This document shows positions 29,527 through 63,275 of a DNA stretch of 64,000 nucleotides, piece after piece (position 1 is the stretch's first letter; each line of letters begins with the position of its first letter). Position numbers and translations under genes: made by a program. The stretch is from Chrysomallon squamiferum. Its lineage: Eukaryota; Animalia; Mollusca. The notes beneath the pieces are model-generated. The model was not told the origin of the DNA and ran no database searches. It saw only the letters and a list, made by a program, of their open reading frames with translations. The stretch spans positions 2,914,001 through 2,978,000 of the forward strand of contig CM022678.1 of assembly GCA_012295275.1 (NCBI GenBank), given 5' to 3'.

Positions 29527-29981
29527 CACGTCATATATATACGTGTGTGTGATGCATATACGAAGGTGAATGATATCTGAATTTCCGTCTGTCCAGTACT
29601 GGTATTTATGATGCTAGTATTTTTCAACACATGCCTATCTCACTCTCTGCTTGTTCGTTTTCGTTTCTTACTGTGTCGTAATACTTACTGCAAAAACTGC
29701 TTAAACGTCTCCAAATCGACATCATGCACTTCAAACTCAGTGATGTTGTCGTTGGTGAAGATGTGATAGAACACACAACTGCGACTTCTGAGGACGTATT
29801 TGTGGGCGGGAATCGCCGCCTCGGTTTCATCGAATCTAAACGTGACGTCACAGGCCAGCTGGTTGAGGAGCATGTGCAAATTGCATTCAGCCAATCGTTT
29901 TTCTGATTGCCAGTCGTCATAGGGCACAGGAGAGTTTATTTCGTCATCGCTTTCTCTGTCTGTGCTCATTTGTGACGTCAT
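27930..29981 (-). CDS. BTB/POZ-BACK-PHR protein (BTBD1/2/3/6-like Cul3 adaptor), ~528 aa, 2 coding exons
   Basis: Exons 29981-29689 and 29223-27930, phase 2. BTB: DWQSEKRLAECNLHML..CDVTFRF..IPAHKYVL..RSCVF..FKQFLQFVYTD..AKKY. BACK: EERVLVAALYWSESECRR..VRFPLL. PHR: WKCSGDNDDAIAF..ASKNGTNRIGGQIPGLL. Candidate upstream donors at ~30594 and ~31321 suggest 5' UTR exons. Confidence 0.93.
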
Positions 29982-30456
29982 CTTAATAATAATAATAATA
30001 ATAATAATAATAGAAATAAAATATGTGTACGTGTTTGTATTATGATATATTATTGTGAAATATTTATTTTTTACCGAACCAAAACCTTTACTATCAATAA
30101 TAAATGGGTGATTGATAATGGTGACAAAGTAGCCACCTCTATCAATTACCATATTTGATTATTTACTTTTTGAATCTACATTTCCGTGAAAAACTTGAAC
30201 GAGCAAAAAATACTAACTTCCATGAATCATCATTATATGTTGTATTAGTGTCAAACTTCATTAGTAATAAAGAATTGAAACATATATTTACATATATTTA
30301 TAAATAATAAAAGTATCAGTAATTCTCTCTCTCTCTCAGTGTGTGTGTCTGTGTGTGTGTGTGTGTGTGTGTCACTATATCTCTCCCTACGTGTGTGTGT
30401 ATACGTATGTAGGTAAGATTACAAGTTATGTACTAATAGCAACAGGTCACGGAAAA

Positions 30457-30506
<50 letters not shown>

Positions 30507-31769
30507 CTTAATTCTTTATTTTAATAAATCACATTACTTCATCAGTACCTAATATTATTTCTAGTCCTCATATCATTAATTTAAAAAACCTACCTTTTCC
30601 GAGTTTTTCACACAACTCGATTCCAGCAGACGACAAACGTGTTTATTATTATTATCATTACCAGCAGACACAAAATGGCGGCACTCCGAAGCGATTTTGT
30701 ATAAGCAAACCGTTGTTTACTTCAGGTTGAATAGGTTGAATAGATCACCAGTGAAGCATGAAGAAGATCCATTCACCTTTTTTTTTTCACGATAAATTTG
30801 TTGTTTGTTTGCTGTCTCTTGACGGTATTCTATTTTATGGCGTAGTGACACATTCATCGCGAACGAGAAATTATTGTCTGGGTGTTTAGAAATTGACAAA
30901 TATTAAAACAGCGTGTTACAAGTACAGAGTTACTGTATGAAGAAGTGAAGGAACTATTTATATCCACTGATTCTATTTCAGATTTTTAACGTGTTAAAAT
31001 GTTTAGAGGAGATTATATAAGTTTTTTTTTTTCTCTGTGAAAATAAATTCTGAGAAAAACGTGCTCGGAGGATGTACGTTATTCGATACCTACATACATT
31101 TTTTATGTGTGTTTGTATGTATGTATGTATGTGTGTGTGTGAATTTGTATGCCTGTACGTGTGCATTTGTATGTATATATTGGTATATACTTATATATAC
31201 ATACATGTGTATAAGTGTATGTATTTGTGTAATTTTGTGTGTGTGTGTGTGTGTGTGTGTTTGTTTTTTTACATTTCTCAGTAGGAAGTGACGTCACAAA
31301 AAGGAAAAGTGTCTGACCTACCTGTATTCAAAAACCAAGCCAGTTTTAATAAAACTGTAATTGAAAAATAAAACGAAAATATTATAAGTCACATTTTTTT
31401 TATTATTATTATTAACAAATATTTTTTTTATATATATGAAAATTGCATAATATTATGCAAAACATTAACATGATCATACAGTTAAAATTATTATTATTAT
31501 TAGTTATTTTTTGAAACAGATTATTTTGGTGGCAAAATTATTCCATTATTATTATTTTTTTTTGAGAATGAATCTGAAAAATGCAAAGCTCAAATATTAT
31601 AAAGGTAAAAAAAAAAAGATGTTAATGAAAACAAAAAGTTGTTTTTTTTGATTATGAGATCAGATATTAGGGAAAATGTTGAAAACAAAAAGGTTTTATT
31701 ATTATTATTATTATTATTTTTTTTTTTTTGAAAGTATAAAAGGTAAAAGTTGCAACAAATTTTGTTAAC

Positions 31770-32040
31770 ATTTAACTGAGCCAATAGAAGGATACTATGC
31801 ATTTATTTCAACCAATGAAAATGGTGAACGATTTCTTATATTTATTTCTGCCAGTGGAATGATTTTTGATTCATCACATGGAATAATTGTTTATATTTAC
31901 TTCAGCCAATGGAATGTCGTTTTATATTTAATTCGACCAATGGAATGGCTGTTGTATTTATTTCAGCCAATGAAATTAATTCTTACATTTAATTCAGCCA
32001 ATGAAATGACTCCACACATTTACTCAAACCAGTGAAATAA
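31770..32040. repeat. Degenerate ~31-bp tandem array with a CCAAT core
   Basis: CCAAT/CCAGT at 31781, 31812, 31851, 31906, 31937, 31967, 31998, 32029, within consensus ATTTANTTCAGCCAATGRAAT. Confidence 0.85.
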
Positions 32041-32374
32041 CACGTATTAATAAAACGTCTCCAATCCCGACGTCATCATCAACGGAACCTCGTTGTCAAA
32101 GAAAACTCATAATGAACAACATTTTATACAACAGCTACGGCAACAACATGTATGATGACAAGGTAGTATTGATAAAAAAATGGATACCATTGATAGTAAA
32201 TAGTGTTGATGATTTAACTGATAATCCTGGGGTATTAAAAACCAGTGTATATTTTTTCTTCTGTTTATGGGAAGGACGTGTAAGAGAAACATTATTGCTA
32301 ATCGTTAATAAAAGCCAAGATAAGAATGCTTAAGCTTTCTTAATATATTCTTTTTTTATTATTATTATTTTATT

Positions 32375-32417
<43 letters not shown>

Positions 32418-32820
32418 TTATTATTATTATTATTATTTTATAATATAAAAATGCTTTGAAGTAATTTAATACAAAATTATGTGTATGTGTGTGCGTATCA
32501 GTGCGTGCATAACTACGGACGGATGAATGGAAGAACAAAGGTACACAATGAAAGGTATTTTCGACTTGTAAATTATAGGTGCGTATGTACAGAAAATGGA
32601 GAATATCACATACATTTACAACAGAACATTTTTGCATAAAAAATCAAAACAAAAACCATTGCGTAATATATGAATATGTTTAAATGAAAGAAATTTAATA
32701 AACATAACTAACATAACTAACTAAATGATGGAATGAATGATTGAAAAATAAAATAAAATAAAACCATAAATTATTATATTATATAAAATTCAAAAATTTC
32801 TTCTTTACTTCTTTTCTTTC

Positions 32821-32858
<38 letters not shown>

Positions 32859-33070
32859 TTATTTCTTTTAGAACTTTAAGGAAAATAACCCATATTGTAC
32901 CAAACAATAATTTCAATAATAATAATTTTTTTTTATGAAATTGGACAATATTTTTTACATCAAAACTAACCGAAATGGAAACATATATATATAGTCTTTC
33001 AATTTTCTTTTCTTTTTCCTAAGAATATATCTTGCTACGTCTATTACTACTGTGATACTATCGCTAATAT

Positions 33071-33141
<71 letters not shown>

Positions 33142-33313
33142 CAACAACAACAATAACAACAAAACAGATTTGATACCGTCAAAACTGCATATATCCAAAA
33201 AATTATGACTTTTCTACTATTTTTTTAATTTTCTTAACATCAGGAGAGTTCTATATATATATATTTAAATATACACATCTATACATATACATAAACATAT
33301 ATATATAAATATA

Positions 33314-33356
<43 letters not shown>

Positions 33357-33450
33357 CATCTTTTTTTTTTTTTTTTTTTTTTTGGATCATTTCATTTCTT
33401 TTTGTCTGATTCCCAGTCTAAAAATATCCCCAATTCTAATTGGTTACGTC

Positions 33451-37617
<4,167 letters not shown>

Positions 37618-38277
37618 GGTCGTTTCGACACTGAACTTCCAATCACTGTTATTATTTTTAATAATCTGCGACGCCGTGGTGAGTTTGTCACGTCTGCTGT
37701 GGTAACGACGGTCACCTCGCTGCTGCTAACCGTGCACGGAATGCGATAAATACGCTTTTCGATCGAAGAAAACGGAAAAAAAAAAAAAAAAAAAAATCCA
37801 AAAAAAAATCAACTTACTTATTACAGGCTTATCCATCCTCGGTTATTGATTAATTTTCGCGTCGTGCGGCTGGCAGAAGGCGGTAAATGACAATTATTGC
37901 ACGAAATGTTTATTGACGCATCATCGTCAACAACATCATCATCATCATCATCGTCGTCGTCGTTGAAGAAGAAGAAGAAGAAGAAAAAAGCAGGTGCTGT
38001 GTCTTCCACGATCCGATAAACTGATGTTTGTTTTTACCCTTCGCGAACCTACAGCATGGCTTGTTATTGTAGACTGTTTTTCTTGTTTGAGTTTCGCGTC
38101 CTTGGATATCGAAACTCAGTCGTGGTTAACGAGGTCTTTTCTTTCTCGTCTGCTCGTTTCCGTCGACATTACTATAGATCTGACAGTTTATGATAGAAGA
38201 ATTTCCGTCTCTTTAATTCTCTATTTAGTCTGTTTCTCTTAATGTCCATAATTTCTCTCTTTTAGTTTTCTCTTTGT

Positions 38278-38315
<38 letters not shown>

Positions 38316-38784
38316 CTCTTTAACTTTTATTTCTCAGTTTTAACTCTAACTGATTAATATTTAACAGAATTTGATAGTAATATGCAACAGAATTTGACGC
38401 AGAAGATTCCAAAATGATTTTAAAAAGAAATAAATAAAAAAAAGAATGTTAGTTCCAGACACGAATCAATTGTTTTATTTATATTTTTATGATTATTAAT
38501 TACGTTAATTAATCATTTTTTTTTATTTTCGGATTTATTTCACACCACTGCACAGTAGTCTGAGATAAGTTAATCAACAACTGTTGTCAGTACTTTTTAT
38601 TTTACACATTTGTTTAAACACCTTATTATCTGTAGAAATTCTGGCGCACTGTAATACTAAACACTTTTCTTACTATTTATCTCGTTGAGTCTAAATATCT
38701 TTAAAACATTTCTATTAAAAAAACTCATCAATAACAGGTTGTGTTAGCAGAAACTGAAAATGTTATTAAAAAAATACGATATAC

Positions 38785-39112
<328 letters not shown>

Positions 39113-39351
39113 CTCTGTACGAGTTACATGTAATTAAGTGTCAAACGACACTGATAGAAATATTAAATACAGATACATTTGTCTGTGAAAGGCAAAAGCG
39201 AATTAGTTGTTTTATAAACAGGATTACTTTTTAGACTGATGTCGTATATATAAACAATAGTATATATAAACAATAGTATATATAAACAATAGCATATGTA
39301 AAGAACAACATATGATGAACAAACAAGCAAAAATCCCCCAAAACGGTAACG

Positions 39352-39382
<31 letters not shown>

Positions 39383-39391
39383 ATGATGATG

Positions 39392-39423
<32 letters not shown>

Positions 39424-39468
39424 TAATAATAAAATAATAATAAATAATAATAACGATAATAATAAATA

Positions 39469-39499
<31 letters not shown>

Positions 39500-40280
39500 C
39501 AATAATGACAATGATAATGATTATAATAAGAAGAAAATAATAATAATTAAAAAAAAAAAAAAAAATCAACAGTCAGGAAAAACAACAACAATAAAAAATA
39601 AAAAAAAAATCCAGAAAAAAATCCAACAAACCCCCTCAACAACAAACAAACAAACAAACAAAAAAAAAAAAAAAAAACCAACAACAATGAATCATAACTA
39701 TTAAAATAAGAAGAAAATAAAATCTATTCTGTACAAGGGGTTATGTCATATTTATATTTATATATATATATATATACATTCTCATGATATAAGTATGATA
39801 TGAATTAACGAAACGTTAACATTTGTTACGTCGCGCTTTTCAGAAGCAAAACATGAGTGGGTTCATTTTTCTTTCCTTGTGAAATATTACATAACAGCAG
39901 ACACCCACTACAACTATCGCCTACTCTTATTAACTAGTAGCAGATTCATTTTTTTTTCTTTATACCTTCCCATAGACAGCAAAAAAAAAAATATATAATT
40001 AAAAAAAAAAAAAAATAAAATAAAATAAATAAATCTGCTGTTAAAAATTACAAAAAAATAAAAAAAAAATATTCAATTTCGACATTTCTCAAAACCCAAC
40101 CTATTCAGCCCATCCTAGATTTTTGTTTTTGACTTAGTGGGAGACAATTTTTTTGTAATGTTGTTTCTCTCCCTCTCTCTCGATAAATCTACAGGTCAGT
40201 TAAACAGAAAAACAGTTAGTTATAACTTGCGTATTTCAGCATCTGTGACGTGCTTGTGTGACGTAAACACCCGAGCGGGG

Positions 40281-40313
<33 letters not shown>

Positions 40314-40490
40314 TTTATTAAACTGGCCGTAGAAAACAAAAACAGACGTATCGTTTGGGTGTCTGGTTTTTGAGAGCGAAAAAAGTTAATACTAAATACG
40401 CCATCTTCGGACAGGTATATTTTGAGAGCTGGTTACATTTTGATGGCTAATCGGAAAAAATTGTTTACAGACTTTCTAATTATTTCGCAT

Positions 40491-40685
40491 TACTCGGTAA
40501 CATTCGGAAAAAATTACGAAAGATCACGAATGTTATAGTTTGACTTGTAAATTATTCCGCAATTACTCGGTAAAATTCGGAAACAAATTACGAAAGATCA
40601 CGAATGTTATAGTTTGGCTTGTAAATTATTCCGCAATACTCGGTAAAATTCGGAAACAAATTACGAAAGATCACGAATGTTATAT
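40491..40685. repeat. 73-bp tandem repeat, ~2.7 copies
   Basis: TACTCGGTAAAATTCGGAAACAAATTACGAAAGATCACGAATGTTATAG... starts at 40491, 40564 and 40637. Confidence 0.92.
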
Positions 40686-40884
40686 TTAGTTTACAAAATT
40701 CACGGTTACGATTCTAAGTAAATACACGTGCACGCTGGTTAAATGTATGACTAAGACGTGTGCGTATTTTATATGTTTTTGTAGTTGTACAAAGTTATTG
40801 TAGTAGTAACGTAAGTAGTAGTAGTAGTAGCAGTAGCAGTTAAGAGGTAGTAATAGTGTAGCAGTAGCAGTAGCAGTTTAGTAA

Positions 40885-40936
<52 letters not shown>

Positions 40937-42007
40937 TTAATAATAATAATAATAATATAGAAGTAGTAGTAGTAGTAGTAGTGGAAGTAGTAGTACGGGC
41001 GATTGAACATCAACATATAGGTAGATAAATGTTGTAAGTTCAAAATGACCGAACCAGTTTTCAGTCTCATCTTAAATATTTATTATATATATGATTGGAA
41101 TAGAGGGTACAAAAAAAAATCCCTTGGCAAGTCTAGATATATTCGATTTGCTTTCTAGAAATAAGTAATTCTTGTTAAATTACAATTTGTTTTCTTCTTT
41201 TGCTTCATATTGTGTATTATATTATATTATATTATATTATATTATATTATATTATATTATATTATATTATATTATATTAACTAATTAATTTATTAATAAT
41301 TAGAAAATATTAACGACATTGTTGAAATTCACAGATAGGGATTTTTAACCCTGCAGTTGTATATGCTGACCCGGAGCATCATGGGTAATTCCGCTTTTTT
41401 TCCCGTTCACGTTTGCGCTCTTCAGTTATTGATTTTTATTTTTTTTATTTTTTTTTTTTTTTTTTAACTATGGTTCATGCGTAGACGAAATACCTAACTG
41501 CTAACAATAAAATTTGTTCACGGCTTTCTGCATCATCTAGCATCATCATTAGGAATGTTTTATTTTTTTTTTTTTTTTGTTAATTTAAAATTGCCCCCGT
41601 CTTTGTAAGTCTAGGCGTTAGCTAGCCTGGTTCTCTGCTACATCTAAACGCTTGTAATTAAGCAGTTTCTTTCTTTTTTTTTCTTTTTTTTCCCCAGAAA
41701 TAAGCGTAGCGTTAATTGATTTTTGTTATGTGTTTCTGTTGCCATGGAAACAAGTAAACATAGAAATTTCTATCTCGAAGCAGACGGCAGGTATTTTCGC
41801 TTCCTTCTTTTAATATTGTAAATTTATTTATTATTTTTTGTTTCTAGATCTTTCTAATATTCAAATAAATAAATTAATATATAGATAGATAGTTAGATAG
41901 ACAGATAGACAGATAGATACATAGATAGACAGACATACAGTAAAATAGATATAGAAAAAAGAACAAGAAAAAAGAAGAAAGAAGAGAGAAGAGAAAAGAA
42001 GAGAGAG

Positions 42008-42115
<108 letters not shown>

Positions 42116-42854
42116 TTAAATGATTTAAGACAACATTATTAATAAGTAACTTTGGTCAAACCAGTATCGGTTCTTTTAAAATTCGAGTATAAAAAAAGAA
42201 AAATGCACTGAAGAAATTTGATAAATTAAAGTAGATTATACTAAGATTATACTAAGAATTCAAAAACGAAAAACAATTATTCACGATTATTTTCAAGGCT
42301 TTCAGTAGACAGCAGGTCTGATTAATTAATCAATGGAGGTTTTTTTTTGTTTTTTTCCAGTTAATTATTTTAACACTTGTTTCGTCTTATATTAAAATTA
42401 ATTAAATATAATGAGACAAGTTCTGTTATTGTTTGACACAATAATGACCAAAATTGTACAGCTGCATACGAATCGAAGATTTTTTTTTTGGTCAGATAAA
42501 CAAACCGTGAACCAAAAAAAAAAAAATCAAACAAAATTTGTAGAAAAGACCCGAAAAGACAACCATGTCGAAATCTGTTTATCAGCAGTAATTAAACCAA
42601 CACAATAAAATAATCTACAAACTACTACCTACCTCTGAAATATGAAAAAACCAACAAAAACAAACAAACAAATAAAAAACAACAACAACAGTAACAAAAA
42701 AAAAAAAAAAAAAAAAAAAACAACCCCAAAACACACGTATAACAAATTAATTAAATAAAAGCTGAACATGGAACCCACAAACAAGATTAGTTGCGTAACG
42801 TCAGTAACTGATTAAATCTCAGTAACTGATTAAATCTAACGGACAAAAACTCAC

Positions 42855-42915
42855 ATGAGCCAAATTTGATCGTTTTGCTGCTTTTCCTGCGACCCTCTTT
42901 TTCAGAACGTTGCAT
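42855..42915 (-). CDS. Candidate alternative first coding exon of the 33451-37617 orphan gene (MQRSEKEGRRKSSKTIKFGS)
   Basis: ATG at 42915, 61 nt, strong donor T|GTGAGT. Phase 1 is compatible with the exon at 34677 or 33788. Confidence 0.3.
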
Positions 42916-43393
42916 GTCTCTCGCAGTTCTTTTCTTTTCTGACTGCAGACGTTGTAACTTTTCTTCTTTCGTCAAGATTGAATAAACAAAACTGAAATCT
43001 CAGTTCAACTGGTCACTGACTTTTTTCATGTACATACGTACATATATATATATATATATATACATGCCGGAACTCACAGTATATTAATCCATTTGCCGTG
43101 CAGTTACCATAACTACAGCAATTATTGCTAGTACAGTTGCTGTTACTGCTACCACTGCTAATGCTAACACTATTACTACTATTGCTGCCTCTATACTGCC
43201 ATCGCTACTACTACTACTGCTAGTACTACTACTACTACTGCTACTGCTGCTATTAGTAGTATTACTGCTACAAAACTACTTCTACTTGTATTACTATTAC
43301 TACTACAACAAAGTCTTCTACCGCTACTCCTATTACTGTTACTGGTCTACCAACAACAACAACTACTGCTACTACACTATCATATCCATTGAT

Positions 43394-43431
<38 letters not shown>

Positions 43432-44510
43432 GTTATTGATACTAATAATACTCCTTCCAAAACCGCGATGCTGTCGATAATTTAATGTTTCTGACCACTG
43501 ACGTCATCACCGGAGTAACGACGTTGCCGAAGTAGCTGTTGTTTAAGGGGTGATCTTGATCTCTACGATGAAACGTCAGTGAGACTGATTTTAATAATTA
43601 TAACAATAGCAAAGATGCATCAAAGCGTGCGCAAAGTGTGACGTCTTCCAGTGCCGATAGTTAACCAGTCCCCACCACTGTTACAAAGAACAATTTAAAA
43701 CCTTCGACGAGGGTTGAACCACCGTTCTCCTGCGTCTCGGGATGACTTTGTTCACCGAGTCCGCGTTCACCGCACATTTCGATTTTTTTCTGCTTTCTCT
43801 GCTAGAAAAGACGAAATCGTTTTTCTAATGGGCCTTAGGATTGGATCGATCAAGTATGAAATAATCGTTTTATTTCCTTTTATTTTTTTTTTTTTTTTGG
43901 TTGTTGGGTAAATACAGAATATTGATTACCCATTGTTTTATTATTTAAAAACAGGTGGTTTTTTTTCGTTTGTATTTATTTAGATTCTTTGTTTAGTGCG
44001 TAACCGTTTTTTTTTTTTTTTTTATCCTTTTTTACACGACATTTCAAATGTCGTTATTGAGTGTCTATCAGTGTTTTATTTTTATTATTATTTTTTTTTC
44101 ACTACTCTGTCTATTCATTCACCCATCTGTCCATCTATTTGTGTGTCCGGGGCATTTGTGTGATCATCATCATAATCATCATTTTATTATTATCATTGTT
44201 ATTATCAGCATCATCATCATCATCATTTATATATTTTATGGTCAAAATATTGTTGATATGTAATGCCATTTTTTTTTTTATTACGTGACGTCATTAACTG
44301 TACATATCCTTTTATGGTCATTTCAAAATGCTGGAAGCAGTATTTCGAAAGAAACTGCTATTTACTTTCAGATCAGCTGACCAAAGGTACGAAGATTTTC
44401 TTCTTCTTCTTCTTCTTCTTCTTCTTCTTCTTCTCTGTCTTTATTTTGCTTTAAATAATAAATATTATTCAGAATAATAAGAACATCTGGATCCAAAAGC
44501 AAAACCACTA

Positions 44511-44700
<190 letters not shown>

Positions 44701-44907
44701 AATAGAAAACTATAAACATGAATAGAACACACTGGGTTTGAAAGATCGTCAGCTTGTGGACATTTTAGATTTGTTGCAAAACGTACATGATGCTTTGTGC
44801 GTACGTTAGTTCAACGAACAACAACAAAAATACCAGTGACAGTTTTGAAACTAAGAAATCCACACAAACATAGATAAAATATACATACATACATACATTA
44901 TACACTT

Positions 44908-44938
<31 letters not shown>

Positions 44939-45807
44939 AGCTCACATATTTTTTTTTTATTGTCAATTAATTTTAATAATTTCTGGGCGTTTCGAAAATA
45001 TCTTCGCTGGGGACGGACTGCCTGCCACGCCTTGCTTTGAACGGGTAACCGCGAAACCCAGTTTTACCGCGTGATTTCATTTTATTAATCATTTCAAAAT
45101 GTCGGCAACAGTATTTCGGTAACCAAAGAAACGAAGAAGATTCTTCTTCTTTTTCTTCTTCTCCTCCTTCTTCTTATTCAGTGTATTTTCTGCTCGCAAC
45201 AGTTTATTTAAGTTTACGAAGCCGTAAACGGGTTGAAATGTTTAAAGCCAATGAAAGGTTACATACCCATCTCAGTTCTTCTGCTACTTCTCAGTCAGTT
45301 GTTCGTCTGCTTGTTGTTCATTTCCACGCCGCCATTATCACGTGATAAGTGCGTGACGACTGGCTGACAACACTGTGTTTTCAGACGACGTTTTCTCGAG
45401 TATCAGTTCACAGTTTGCCTCGCAAACATCGCAGCTATTTACTTTCAGGTCAGCAGACGAAAGAACGGAAGATTATTCTGATTATTAACAAATACCTCAA
45501 ACTGGTTTCAACACTGTGCTGTTCGAGCTGAACGCAGTACTGGTGATGTTACTGGTGCTGTTTGTTAATAATAACAACAACAGCAACAACAACATCAACA
45601 ACAACAATAACAACAACAACAGTAATAATAATAATAAAGATGAAACGGCGAGTTAAACTAAACAACATTAGGTAAGAAAAAACAAAACAAAAAACAAACA
45701 AACAAACAAACAAACAAAACAAAACAAGAGAAAACGTTGTAGATATTTTTAATAATTTCGAATTTGAATACATTTTAACTTTAAAAAAAAAAGAAAAAAA
45801 ATCTCAC

Positions 45808-59404
<13,597 letters not shown>

Positions 59405-59881
59405 GTAACTGGCACACCTCCACTCGGTTAGATAACGCTACTGAAGACAGGGAAACGTTGTACCCCAGTGACGATGCTTTCGTTCACGATCAGTATTACA
59501 GACAAAAACAGTTTCGTTTGTAGCAACGTGAAGTTCTTGTTTTAAACGTGAAGCCAATTTTTTAATATTAACAGCACTCTGAGAGTTTCGCTTTGTTGTT
59601 GCGATATTTGCTCTGTTTGCGACCAGAAACGAAATACCGAAACAGATATCCACTCCGTGGCACATGACTGATTTATTTTATTTTATTTTTTTTTTAGATT
59701 ATAACAAAAAGACATCCCAGACAGCGAGAGACGCATTACTTTTGAAAAAAGTTGCAGACGACAGCGATCGCTAAACAGGCAACAGTAATTTTCAAAAAAG
59801 TTACTTTATATATTTTTTTTTTTAAATTTATTTATTTAATCTAAAAATAACGAAAAGAGATTGTTTCGGTATGAAAAGTGA

Positions 59882-61280
<1,399 letters not shown>

Positions 61281-61299
61281 GTACGTATGTATGTTTGTA

Positions 61300-61355
<56 letters not shown>

Positions 61356-61942
61356 GTCAGATATATATATGTGTAAGAGAGTATTATGAGGATCGAAGCT
61401 CAGTACTGGTAACTGCTTATTATTAACGTATATTTGTCATATAAGTGTTGAAAAATTATATAGTATAGTTTCCAAATACATGTTATATGCTCAGCCAATA
61501 GCTTCATTTATTAAAATATACCTGTTCTTACGACAGAGGAACACTATTATTTTATTGATAAAACTAACGAGAAGAAAAACAAAAAGTAGAGCCTTGTTTG
61601 CATTAGGAAAAGTCTAAAGCTGGCAACGATGTTATTTATCTCCAAAGAAGGAAGCGCTGATAAGGTTTCAGCATCTTACAGTGTATTTATAGTTTATAAA
61701 CTTAGGTCTGAGGACATACTGTATTACTGTCACACTTTACTATTAGTAGAGAATGACTGCCTCAAACAAACAAAAAAGTATTAGGAATAACTCAGTTACT
61801 TGTCGTACAACCTTTCAGAAACTGTTTCTCTCCTTGATTCTTACAACAAAATGAATTGAAGTATTCCCTTAGTTTAATGTACTTACAGTAATTTAATAAT
61901 ATTTTTATTTTTGATTATCAGCATATTTGTTTCATATATATA

Positions 61943-61975
<33 letters not shown>

Positions 61976-62858
61976 ATGTGTATATGTATATGAACTAATT
62001 TTGAAATTTTATAATGATGATGGTTCTAATACATGTATAATGGAACCAAATTATGGGTGAAATTATTATAAATTAAAAGTAAGATTGATAAAAAAAATAA
62101 ATAAATAAAAGACACATTGTCTTTGACACCTCTATTTTAGAGCACTACCTACAAAAGTCTAACTTGTACACCAAGAAGAACTGATCCAGGTAGCCAAAGC
62201 ACCACATGTAAATATTGTTAAAACTACTGATCATTTTTTTCTCTAAGAAATGATGGCACCAAACCTTTTGCGATTAAATTTGTTGACATACGACATAAAA
62301 TAATTATTAATTGGGTGTGTATATATATATATATATATATACATACATATACACATATACACACACACACACATTAACACATACACACAAACACACACAT
62401 ACACATAAAATGTCAGAACAAAAAAAGAAAGAGATGTTTGTGTGTACTTTGACAGGCACTGCTGGTGTAAATATTTAATGTTTCTGTGATTTTTTATTAT
62501 TTATTTTTATTCTTTTATTTATTATAATTAGGTATTTATTATTATTATTATTATTTTTTTTTTTTTTTTTTTTATTATTATTAGTTATTTATTTTTATTA
62601 TTATTTTTTTTTTTTTTTTTCATTTATGTTTTTTATTTTTTTTTTTTTTATTATTTTTTTTTTTTTGTCGTTGTCATCGTCGTTGTTGTTTATTTGTCTG
62701 GCATTTGTTTATTTTTTTTTTCTTAAACTGCATCGCTAAACTCCGGCTTACAGAATTTACAACAGATTGTAGTAGGGTGGTCGCTTGATAACAGCGTTAG
62801 TAAGTGAAAGGTGTCAGTACAACGGTGTCATTTGGTGTTCGGTTTGTTTTATATATCA

Positions 62859-63275
62859 GGATCATTCCATGTCAAATCACCCAGAAAAAAAGAAAAAAAA
62901 TTTACACCCGACCGTCTCAGACGGTTAATTTCAAGGTCATAGCAAAGGTCAAAAGGTAAATGTACCCCAATATTTTCCAAACTGAACAAAAATGGCAGAT
63001 TTGGAATCCTTGTCATATTGCCTTCTTAACAATACCAATTTTATGAAGATTGGCCCAGTAGTTCCGGAGATATGAGGGTTCAAAGGTTGGTGGTCACGCC
63101 CATTTTTGCCAAAAATCTCAAAATTCGGTGGGCCTTATCTCCCACACCACTGGTCCGATTGGACTAGAATTTCAGATTTGGTGCTGTGGGATCCCAGTCA
63201 ACAAGTCTACCAAGTTTTATGAAAATCTGAGACGGTCGGGTTTAACCCATTGGGTGATTTGACACGGAATGACCC
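62859..63275. mobile_element. Non-autonomous DNA transposon (MITE), 417 bp, 25-bp TIRs, 4-bp TSD (Sola2-like)
   Basis: Left GGATCATTCCATGTCAAATCACCCA; right TGGGTGATTTGACACGGAATGACCC (23/25 inverted match). Subterminal perfect inverted pair CCCGACCGTCTCAGA / TCTGAGACGGTCGGG. Flanked by ATCA on both sides (62855-62858, 63276-63279). GGG..CCC-type ends with a 4-bp TSD fit Sola2 (inferred). Confidence 0.88.
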
